Shown here: piece after piece, positions 1 through 6,593 of the stretch
Layout: the number at the start of each line of letters is the position of its first letter
Numbering within the stretch: position 1 is the stretch's first letter
Assembly: GCA_020833025.1 (NCBI GenBank)
Contig: JAJHRB010000046.1
Span: 1 to 12,181, forward strand
Direction of reading: 5' to 3'
DNA: 12,181 bases
From: Thermoproteaceae archaeon
Lineage (GTDB): Archaea > Thermoproteota > Thermoprotei > Thermoproteales > Thermoproteaceae
Notes under the pieces: model-generated
What the model was told of the DNA's origin: nothing
Database searches by the model: none
The model's input: only the letters and a program-made list of their open reading frames with translations
Position numbers and translations under genes: made by a program

Positions 1-476
1 TGAGTGTAAAGGGGGTCCGCGTGCATGCCCGATGCATGCACCGGCGTCCACACCCACATAACGCCCGTGACTCTCGGCGGGCTGCCCCGGAAGATGACGT
101 CCTCTACGTGCACGCCGAGAATTATCCTGGCCCCGGCGTCTACCGCGCCGGCCGCTAGCTTTGCTATGAGCTCGGCGGGGTTGACGGCGTAGAGACCGGC
201 CCCCGCGGGCTTGTATCTCACTCTGAAGTCAGCAAGTATCGGAAGGGCCTCTTCCTGCACTACAACCTTCGGTATCATGCTGCCGCCGGGTCCTATGCCG
301 CCGCCGAATGAGTACCTCCTCTCGTAGATGACTACCCTGTAGCCCCTCTCGGCTAGGTAGCGGGCGGCTGTCAGGCCAGACGGGCCCGCCCCCACTATGA
401 CCACGTCAACGTCGCTGCACTCCTCGAGGTCCTCAAGCCCGTGCCTTATTATTGCGCGCGCTATTCTAGCCTCCAC
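1..476 (-). CDS. thi4: Thiazole synthase Thi4 (sulfide-dependent, His-type); 3' end runs off the window
   Basis: Not in the ORF track; translated by hand from GTG at 476: MEARIARAIIRHGLEDLEECSDVDVVIVGAGPSGLTAARYLAERGYRVVIYERRYSFGGGIGPGGSMIPKVVVQEEALPILADF...LIAKLAAGAVDAGARIILGVHVEDVIFRGSPPRVTGVMWVWTPVHASGMHADPLYT. It has a Rossmann GAGPSG, the GGGxxxGG loop and the Thi4 H/C-x-D-P motif (His codon at 23-21). Confidence 0.93.
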   Translation of the reverse strand, partial: MEARIARAIIRHGLEDLEECSDVDVVIVGAGPSGLTAARYLAERGYRVVIYERRYSFGGGIGPGGSMIPKVVVQEEALPILADFRVRYKPAGAGLYAVNPAELIAKLAAGAVDAGARIILGVHVEDVIFRGSPPRVTGVMWVWTPVHASGMHADPLYT

Positions 477-497
477 CGCGGCCGTGCGCGCGCCCGC

Positions 498-503
498 TTT
501 AAA
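498..503 (-). promoter_or_regulatory. TATA box of thi4 (probably leaderless transcript)
   Basis: TTTAAA in a GC-rich background, 22-27 nt upstream of the GTG at 476. Confidence 0.55.
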
Positions 504-531
504 GTCTTCGCGCCCGCCCGGCAGTCTGGAG

Positions 532-538
532 TTATTAA
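532..538 (+). promoter_or_regulatory. TATA box of the small hypothetical gene
   Basis: TTATTAA 21-27 nt upstream of the in-frame GTG at 559. Confidence 0.5.
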
Positions 539-558
539 CAACGCTTGGCTGGCGTGCC

Positions 559-909
559 GTGGCCTTCCTCCAGCTGTTGCTCGAGGGGAGCGGTTATTAC
601 ATGGACACTCTGCTGAAGTGGGTCAGGGAGGTAATGGACTTCCTGTGGGAGGCGGGAGTCAGGTGCGTGATTGAGATCGAGGGAGAGGAGATACCCAGGA
701 TTTGGCTCTGCGGCAGGCTGGTGTACGAGGGGCTCCCCGACAGCGAGGGAGAGCTGCTGGAAGCCCTCCTCTCAGCCGCCAGGAGGTGCGCCGAGACGGC
801 GCAAGCCGGCAGTCTTAGTCTCCGGGAGCGCGAGCACCGCAGCGCAGACCAGCAGCCACAGCGCCGATATTGTCGCGAGACCGTAAACAAGCCCGACCGC
901 GGGGTATAG
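559..909 (+). CDS. Small hypothetical protein, possible thioredoxin-like fold lacking CxxC
   Basis: 3' part of ORF 397..909. MAFLQLLLEGSGYYMDTLLKWVREVMDFLWEAGVRCVIEIEGEEIPRIWLCGRLVYEGLPDSEGELLEALLSAARRC reads as natural protein. Start placed at GTG 559 from TATA spacing (ATG 601 is an alternative). The last 45 codons overlap the MFS gene antisense. Confidence 0.6.
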   Translation: MAFLQLLLEGSGYYMDTLLKWVREVMDFLWEAGVRCVIEIEGEEIPRIWLCGRLVYEGLPDSEGELLEALLSAARRCAETAQAGSLSLREREHRSADQQPQRRYCRETVNKPDRGV

Positions 910-1932
910 CATCGGCCCGACTATCATGCCAACTCTGGCCATGGAGCCGGCCGTGCCGCACGCGAGACCTCTCACCCGGCCGGGGAATAGCTCGGGAGTG
1001 TAGGCGTAGACAACGCCCCATGCCCCTAAGTTAAAGAAGTTGAACGCCAGCGCGGACGCGAAGAGCTGCGCCTCGCCCGTGCTGTATGCCAGCCCCAGTG
1101 CTGACAGAGCCGACATTAGGAAAAACGCCGCGGCGGTTGCCCTGCGCCCCAAGGCCTCGACAAGCCACGCGGCAGTCAGGTAGCCGGGAATCTGGGCGGC
1201 AGTAGTAACGAGCATGAACTCAAGCGTCCGCACCACGGTAAACTTCTTCTCCGCGACTAGAATCGTCGGCAGCCACATGACGACGCCGTAATAGCCCAGC
1301 GCGAGGGCGAGCCAGATGTACCAGACCGGCAGCAGCCTTCTCGCGAAAGCCGGTAGCTCCACTCTCTCCTCCCGCGGCGGTAAGTGCTCGGGCAGCGTGG
1401 TTCTCACGACCGCCGCGTACAGCGCCATAGCGCTCAGAACGAGCAGCGTGACTCTCCAGCCCAGCCGCGGGAATAGGAAGTACGCGACTGCCGCGGCCGC
1501 AAGAGAGCCCACAGACCAGAAGCTCTCGAGCAGCACGACGTTACGCCCCCGCCTCTCTGGCGGCGATAGCTCTGAGACATACGCCGACACCACAGGCAGC
1601 TCCCCGCCGAGGCCAAGTCCCGTCACGAAGCGCGCCAAGGCCAGCTCGGCCGGGCTGCTGACGAGGGCCGTGGCTCCCGTGGCAATGCTGTAGAGGGCGA
1701 GAGTCGTTATGAACACGCGCCTCCTGCCCACGTGATCCGAAAGCCTTCCGAAGAGCACGGCCCCCACGAGCATGCCGACGTTGTTCGCCAGGATTACAGC
1801 GGCCTTCTCGGGGGTGCCCAGTCCCAGCTCTCTCGCAGACACCAGAAGTATGTACGACAGCAAAATCACGTCCATGGCGTCAAACATCCAGCCTATGCCG
1901 GAGACCGCGATAAGTCTCGCCTCGGAGACCAC
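772..1932 (-). CDS. MFS transporter, NiaP/AAHS/SV2-like
   Basis: 386 aa with about 12 hydrophobic segments; GWMFDAMD in TM1, motif A GRLSDHVGRR, GLGLGGELPVVSAYVSELSPPERRG, YAYTPELFP..R and terminal LPETK. Confidence 0.88.
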   Translation of the reverse strand: MVSEARLIAVSGIGWMFDAMDVILLSYILLVSARELGLGTPEKAAVILANNVGMLVGAVLFGRLSDHVGRRRVFITTLALYSIATGATALVSSPAELALARFVTGLGLGGELPVVSAYVSELSPPERRGRNVVLLESFWSVGSLAAAAVAYFLFPRLGWRVTLLVLSAMALYAAVVRTTLPEHLPPREERVELPAFARRLLPVWYIWLALALGYYGVVMWLPTILVAEKKFTVVRTLEFMLVTTAAQIPGYLTAAWLVEALGRRATAAAFFLMSALSALGLAYSTGEAQLFASALAFNFFNLGAWGVVYAYTPELFPGRVRGLACGTAGSMARVGMIVGPMLYPAVGLVYGLATISALWLLVCAAVLALPETKTAGLRRLGAPPGG

Positions 1933-2042
1933 GGCGTGCCTCTCTCTTGCTTTTTGAAGTGTAACTGTGTCAAGTATTGCTCATAGCAACAGGCCGAGTG
2001 CGAAGAGCCGGCAAGTTTTTGTACTGTACAGAATGCCAGCGC
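1933..2042. promoter_or_regulatory. Divergent promoter region between the MFS gene and the NAD-kinase-HTH gene, with two palindromes
   Basis: AT-rich elements at 1951-1958 (TTCAAAAA on minus) and 2016-2023 (TTTTTGTA on plus); inverted repeats TTGCT-cat-AGCAA (1977-1989) and TGTAC-t-GTACA (2020-2030). Confidence 0.5.
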
Positions 2043-2933
2043 GTGAGCACCGTGAGGGTCTACGAGGTGGAGACAGACAACGAGATGCTGGCCGACATCC
2101 TCGTGCGCCACGGCATTGAGGTGGGGCGCGGCGCTCCCATCATAGCCGTTTACGGCAAGGACAGGAACATACTCAAGGCCCTTCGCGAAGAGGACAGGCC
2201 GGTACTCGGCATTTCCCCGCCGGGGGTCAGCGCCAAGCTGGCCGCGCTTGAGCTGAGAGAGGTGCCCAGGCTGCGCGAGCTCGAGTTCCGCGTGATCAAC
2301 GCTATTAGGCTGGAGGCGGAGAGCGGCGGGCAGAAAGTACGCGCGATAAACGAGGTGGCGCTGCTGCCCGCCGAGCCGGCAACCTTCGTCCGCTACTCGC
2401 TATTTGTCAACGGGGAGTTCGTCTTCAACGATCTCGGCGACGGTTGCCTAGTCTCAACGCCGGTGGGCTCAACGGCATACGCCCTGGCCGCGGGCGGCGC
2501 TGTGGTGGACCCGAGGGCGGAGGTCTTGGAAGTCGTCCCCGTGAACTCTGCCCTTAGAAGGCCGCCTCACATATTCCCGTCGAGCGCGACTCTAGAGCTG
2601 CGCGACGTTAGGAGCGTGGCTGAAGTTTACGTGATAGGCGACGGCGTTGAGAGAATAAAGTGCAAAGGCAGCGCCACAATCCGACGCTGCGGCACGGCAA
2701 GACTTCTGGCCAGGGTCGGCGCGGCTTCCAAGCATGTCAAACTCCCGCCCAGCGCGCTCCTGATAAAGAAAGTGCTCGAGGAGCGCGGCCCGCTGACGGC
2801 GTCGGAAATCGCTGCGCTCACGGGCCTCTCCATTAGGACGGCAAGATACGCGCTCGAGAGACTGCGGAGGGCAGGGCTTGTCAGGTCATTCGTGGACCCG
2901 ACAGACCCCAGGAGGAGGGTGTACGTCGCGTGA
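2043..2933 (+). CDS. NAD(+) kinase-like protein with C-terminal winged helix-turn-helix
   Basis: NE motif (INEVA at 2349), DG..VSTPVGSTAYALAAGG and a degenerate GGDG position (YGKDR at 2154-2165). The C-terminus LPPSALLIKKVLEERGPLTASEIAALTGLSIRTARYALERLRRAGLV...DPRRRVY (2742-2930) is a MarR/ArsR-like wHTH. Start GTG 2043 or 2052 is preferred over TTG 1977. Confidence 0.85.
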   Translation: MSTVRVYEVETDNEMLADILVRHGIEVGRGAPIIAVYGKDRNILKALREEDRPVLGISPPGVSAKLAALELREVPRLRELEFRVINAIRLEAESGGQKVRAINEVALLPAEPATFVRYSLFVNGEFVFNDLGDGCLVSTPVGSTAYALAAGGAVVDPRAEVLEVVPVNSALRRPPHIFPSSATLELRDVRSVAEVYVIGDGVERIKCKGSATIRRCGTARLLARVGAASKHVKLPPSALLIKKVLEERGPLTASEIAALTGLSIRTARYALERLRRAGLVRSFVDPTDPRRRVYVA

Positions 2934-2954
2934 GACGAACAGCCGTGCGCCGCC

Positions 2955-3836
2955 ATGATCGTCTGCGAGAACCTAGGGCGGCAGTTTCGCGGCGCGTGGG
3001 TGTTGCGCGGGGTGAGCTTTGCGACCAAAAGCGGTGTCGTGCTCGGCGTGCTTGGGCCGAACGGCGCCGGCAAGACAACACTCATACGCATACTCACCAC
3101 CGAGCTCTTGCCCTCTGAGGGCAGGGCGTTTGTCGCCGGCTTTGATGTCGTGAGGGAGACCGGCAGAGTGCGGAGAGTGATCGCAGCAGTGCCGCAGGAG
3201 GGCAAGCCCATCGACTTCCTAACGCCGTACGAGTTCGTTGTGAGCTACCTCCTGCTGAGGGGGCTCTCGCTGCGGGAGGCCAGGAGGAGGGCTGCGGAGG
3301 CGCTGAAGCAGTTCGGCCTCTGGGAGGTCCGCGGCAGGGAGATCGAGACACTGTCGGGCGGCATGAAGAGGAGAGTCCTCGTCGCGGCGGTGTTCGCGGC
3401 AGATGCCGAGGTGATCTTTCTCGACGAGCCCACCGTAGGTCTCGACGTGTACTCGCGGAGGGTAGTGTGGAATGCCGTGCTGGAGATGAAGCGCGCGGGC
3501 GCCACGGTTGTCGTCTCAACGCACCACGCAGAGGAGGCAGCCGCTCTGAGCGACTACGTTGTGGTACTGAGCCGCGGGCGCGTCGCCGGCTTCGCCCCGC
3601 CGCGGGAGCTGGTGGAGAGAGTCCCGGGTAAGTACGTCGTGGAGGTTGAGGGCGGCGCTGACAGCATTGCAGATTACGTGGCCGTTTTGCAGGTCGGCAG
3701 CACAAAACTTTACTACGTGAACGAGCTGCCGCAGACGCTGCAACGCGCCATAAACGGCACCCGCGTGGTGGTCAGGCCTAAGTCGCTGGAGGACTACGTG
3801 CTGCTGGCATCACACAGCGCACAAGGTGGCCTATGA
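2955..3836 (+). CDS. ABC-2 type exporter ATP-binding subunit (DrrA-like)
   Basis: Walker A GPNGAGKT, Q-loop PQE, signature LSGGM, Walker B IFLDE, H-loop STH; 293 aa. Confidence 0.95.
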   Translation: MIVCENLGRQFRGAWVLRGVSFATKSGVVLGVLGPNGAGKTTLIRILTTELLPSEGRAFVAGFDVVRETGRVRRVIAAVPQEGKPIDFLTPYEFVVSYLLLRGLSLREARRRAAEALKQFGLWEVRGREIETLSGGMKRRVLVAAVFAADAEVIFLDEPTVGLDVYSRRVVWNAVLEMKRAGATVVVSTHHAEEAAALSDYVVVLSRGRVAGFAPPRELVERVPGKYVVEVEGGADSIADYVAVLQVGSTKLYYVNELPQTLQRAINGTRVVVRPKSLEDYVLLASHSAQGGL

Positions 3837-4579
3837 GCGCGGCCGGCACGGCCCTCAAGGCCATCAGAGACGCCCTAATCGTGGCGTGGGTCAACGGGTG
3901 GATCGCCATGGTGAGAGGTTTTGTGTGGGTTCTGTCGAGCGCGCTCACCCCGCTCTCGATTCTTGTCGTTCTCGCAGCTCACGGCGGGCTTAAGGGGCTG
4001 AAGTGGGGTCTCGTCGGCGGTCTCATTTGGATCGTCACGTCAAGCAGCCTATCGCTGATAGGAGACGCCGCTTACTATCGCGTAGCAATAAAGTACCAGA
4101 GCATGCTAGTGGCGTCGCCGACATCGGCTGTGGGGTATGCTATTGGCCTGGCCCTCAGCGCGCTCATATTTGCGCTGCCAGCGCTGCTCGCGCATATAAT
4201 TCTGCTCGCGCTCCTTGACGTCCCGGCGCTCACGCTCGAGAGTCTGTATGCTCTCGCGACGCTGTGGCTGGCAACTGCCGGTATGGCATTCGCGGCCTCC
4301 GGTCTCGTCAGGCACATGAAGTACGCGTGGTCGGTCCCCTCGATACTGTCTGCCGTGATGGTAGTCTGTGCCCCCGTGTACTACCCGGCAACGCTCATGC
4401 CCAGCCCCTACCTCGGAGTGCTGCTGCCGACGGGCGCGGCCGGAATCGTGCTGCAGCACTCGGCGCGCCTGGCAACTTACAGCGCGCCCCTTTTGCTTGC
4501 CGCGCTGCTGTCGCTCACGGCGCAAAGCATTGTGGGCTTGTACTGCACCGCAAGGCTCGCCAGGTGGCGCGAGCGCTAG
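3833..4579 (+). CDS. ABC-2 type exporter permease
   Basis: 248 aa with about 6 hydrophobic segments; ATGA overlap with the ATPase stop; P-x-Y-Y-P motif (APVYYPATLMP). Confidence 0.85.
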   Translation: MSAAGTALKAIRDALIVAWVNGWIAMVRGFVWVLSSALTPLSILVVLAAHGGLKGLKWGLVGGLIWIVTSSSLSLIGDAAYYRVAIKYQSMLVASPTSAVGYAIGLALSALIFALPALLAHIILLALLDVPALTLESLYALATLWLATAGMAFAASGLVRHMKYAWSVPSILSAVMVVCAPVYYPATLMPSPYLGVLLPTGAAGIVLQHSARLATYSAPLLLAALLSLTAQSIVGLYCTARLARWRER

Positions 4580-4905
4580 ATGTAAAGCGTCTGCGTGCCT
4601 CCCGACTCGGCGACCACCTCTATCTCGACGCCCATGTAATAGGACTTCACCGTCACCTTGATGTACGGCGGGTTGATGGCCGACTTGACGCGCTCTAGAA
4701 TGTCCACGGCAAGCTCCTCGTGCAGTATCTCTCTGCCCCTATAGCTGTCAACTATCCTCTTGAACTCCTCGACCGTAAGCGCGGCGCCCCGGGGTACGTA
4801 CTCGAGCGTCACCTCAAACGAGTCGACAGTCCTGCTCACCGGACACACGGACTCCCCCCGCGTCTTCATGCGCACGAGGCCCGGGCTCTTCGCTAGCTTG
4901 AGCAC
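4576..4905 (-). CDS. queF-L: QueF-like (QueF-L) archaeosine synthase, preQ0-tRNA amidinotransferase
   Basis: 109 aa T-fold protein MLKLAKSPGLVRMKTRGESVCPVSRTVDSFEV...EILHEELAVD...YIKVTVKSYYMGVEIEVVAESGG. Cys21 (codon 4845-4843), Asp28 and HEE match the Pyrobaculum QueF-L pattern as I recall it; it lacks the canonical QueF NADPH motif. Confidence 0.9.
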   Translation of the reverse strand: MLKLAKSPGLVRMKTRGESVCPVSRTVDSFEVTLEYVPRGAALTVEEFKRIVDSYRGREILHEELAVDILERVKSAINPPYIKVTVKSYYMGVEIEVVAESGGTQTLYI

Positions 4906-4923
4906 AGCTCTAGAGGGCGCGCG

Positions 4924-4931
4924 TTATTAAA
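4924..4931. promoter_or_regulatory. Single central TATA element, probably bidirectional (queF-L / pyrC)
   Basis: TTATTAAA is the only AT-rich run in the 45-bp gap, 19-26 nt from GTG 4905 and 20-27 nt from GTG 4951. Confidence 0.6.
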
Positions 4932-4950
4932 GCGCGGCGCCGCGGCTGGC

Positions 4951-6120
4951 GTGGACGCCGGCCGGTGCATTAGGGTAGAGGGCAGGGCCTACCTGGGCGG
5001 GCGGCTCGTGAGGGTTAGAATCGGCGCGGCTGGCTGCAAGACTCTACAGCTGCCCCGCGGCTTTCTGATACTGCCCGGCATGGTCGACATTCACGTGCAC
5101 TTCCGCGACTGGGAGCTTGCCTACAAGGAGACGCTGGAGGGCGGCGCGAGGGCGGCTCTGGCGGGAGGCGTCGTTGCCGTGGGCGACATGCCGAACGTGA
5201 AGCCCTTTATAAGGACGGCCGAGCTCTACCGCAAGAGACTGGAGGAGGGGGCCAGGCTGCCGGTGATCTACCGGCTTCACATGGGCGTGCCTGAAGACCT
5301 CAGCGAGCTTGAAAAGGCCAGGCCGCTGTCGGTCAAAGTTTACCCCGAGGACATAGAGACGTACGGGTGGGGCCACGTCGAGCGCGTGATGAAGGAGTGC
5401 GCGCGGCTGGAGTGCGCTGTGATTTTTCACTGCGAAGACCCCGCGTACTTCAGCGACGGCGAGAGGCCGCCAGAGGCCGAGCTCCGCTGCGCTGAGAGGG
5501 TGCGCGCGCTCGCAGCGCTGACCGGCGCGAGGGTTCACCTCGCTCACGTCACGCTGCCGCAGGTAGTCGAGATGTCGCGAGGGTGGGCGTCTGTTGACGT
5601 GACGCCGCACCACTTGCTTCTGGACAGCGAGAACTGCAGAGACCGCGGGCTCTGTCTCGTCAATCCCAGGCTCAGGACGCCCGAGACGCGCAAGTCTTTA
5701 CTGGCCGCGCTCGCCGCGGGGCTGGTGGACATTTACGCAACCGACCACGCCCCCCACGCTGCGCACGAGAAGCGCTCGGAGAGCCCGCCGCCGGGGGTTT
5801 GCAGCATAGAGATTGCGCTCAGCCTGCTGCTGCGCATGTGGAAGGCCGGCGTGCTGGCCCTCGAGGACGCGGTCAGGCTCTACTCGTACAGGCCGGCGCG
5901 TTTCTTGAGAGTCGACGCCGACCCGCTGAGCGGGGTCTTCACAATCGTGAGGCTTGAGGAGTTCAGAGTGCAGGGAAATGACTTCATCGGCGCGTGCAAG
6001 CTCACGCCATTTGAGGGCATGCTGGCATTCGGGAGGGTTGTGGCGACAGCAGTGGGCGGCCGGGTTTACTTCAGGGATGGCGAAATTTACGAGCTGGCCA
6101 GCGCTAGCAGGGCCGCTTAA
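4951..6120 (+). CDS. pyrC: Dihydroorotase (amidohydrolase superfamily)
   Basis: PGMVDIHVHFRD (HxH plus substrate Arg), AALAGG..V.DMPN, FHCED, HLAHVT, VTPHHL, VNPRLR and TDHAPH. Confidence 0.9.
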   Translation: MDAGRCIRVEGRAYLGGRLVRVRIGAAGCKTLQLPRGFLILPGMVDIHVHFRDWELAYKETLEGGARAALAGGVVAVGDMPNVKPFIRTAELYRKRLEEGARLPVIYRLHMGVPEDLSELEKARPLSVKVYPEDIETYGWGHVERVMKECARLECAVIFHCEDPAYFSDGERPPEAELRCAERVRALAALTGARVHLAHVTLPQVVEMSRGWASVDVTPHHLLLDSENCRDRGLCLVNPRLRTPETRKSLLAALAAGLVDIYATDHAPHAAHEKRSESPPPGVCSIEIALSLLLRMWKAGVLALEDAVRLYSYRPARFLRVDADPLSGVFTIVRLEEFRVQGNDFIGACKLTPFEGMLAFGRVVATAVGGRVYFRDGEIYELASASRAA

Positions 6121-6123
6121 ATG

Positions 6124-6131
6124 CATATAAA
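6124..6131 (+). promoter_or_regulatory. TATA box of the dsrC-like gene
   Basis: CATATAAA just after the pyrC stop, about 26-33 nt upstream of ATG 6157. Confidence 0.45.
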
Positions 6132-6156
6132 GTGCCGTAGGAGCGCGATAAATGAA

Positions 6157-6498
6157 ATGCTGATGTGCCCCGGCGCTATAGTTATCTCCGGCAGGCGTAT
6201 TGAGCTTGTCAACTGTCTGCCAAAGAACAAGGACTTGTGGAGCCCGGAAATTGCAAAGGTAATTGCCGAAATAAACGGAATTCGATTCACTGACGACATG
6301 CAGCGGGTAATAGAGCTCGTCAGGGACTTCTGGCAGAAGTATCACGTGTGCCCGCCGATGTCAATTCTAGAGCTATTGACCAAAATGAGCGGGAGCTCTA
6401 TATTGAAGATGTTCAAAAACAACTACGATATTATGTGTGTGCTCGCGGGGATAGAGCCCCCATCTGGGTGCCTCTCCAGAGTACTCTCCACAGCCTAG
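6157..6498 (+). CDS. dsrC: DsrC/TusE-family sulfur-carrier protein, divergent and C-terminally extended
   Basis: 113 aa from ATG 6157: N-terminal CPG, WSPEIAKVIA, VIELVRDFW, CPP and C-terminal C94-VLAGIEPPSG-C105 (CX10C) followed by LSRVLSTA. Confidence 0.82.
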   Translation: MLMCPGAIVISGRRIELVNCLPKNKDLWSPEIAKVIAEINGIRFTDDMQRVIELVRDFWQKYHVCPPMSILELLTKMSGSSILKMFKNNYDIMCVLAGIEPPSGCLSRVLSTA

Positions 6499-6526
6499 GA
6501 CTTAAGAGCGAGAGTCCAGGCGGGCG

Positions 6527-6570
6527 CCCCCCAGCTCCCCGCCGCCCCGGGGCGGCGGGGAGCTGGGGGG
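6527..6570. repeat. Perfect 44-bp palindrome between convergent dsrC-like and dsrK-like genes
   Basis: CCCCCCAGCTCCCCGCCGCCCC (6527-6548) is immediately followed by its exact reverse complement GGGGCGGCGGGGAGCTGGGGGG (6549-6570). Confidence 0.97.
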
Positions 6571-6593
6571 ACATAGTAGCCCTGCCAGTACTC

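Noticed and set aside
397-558. N-terminal part of track ORF 397..909
   Set aside because: It is antisense to the thi4 5' end and spans both promoters; the sequence is Ser/Arg-rich shadow.
1977-2042. In-frame CTEC (CxxC) upstream of the kinase domain
   Set aside because: A single CxxC with no partner pair, reachable only from TTG 1977 upstream of the likely TATA element; probably promoter DNA.
6121-6156. Track start ATG 6121 for the dsrC-like gene
   Set aside because: It overlaps the TATA-like element; ATG 6157 puts CPG near the N-terminus and gives family-typical length.
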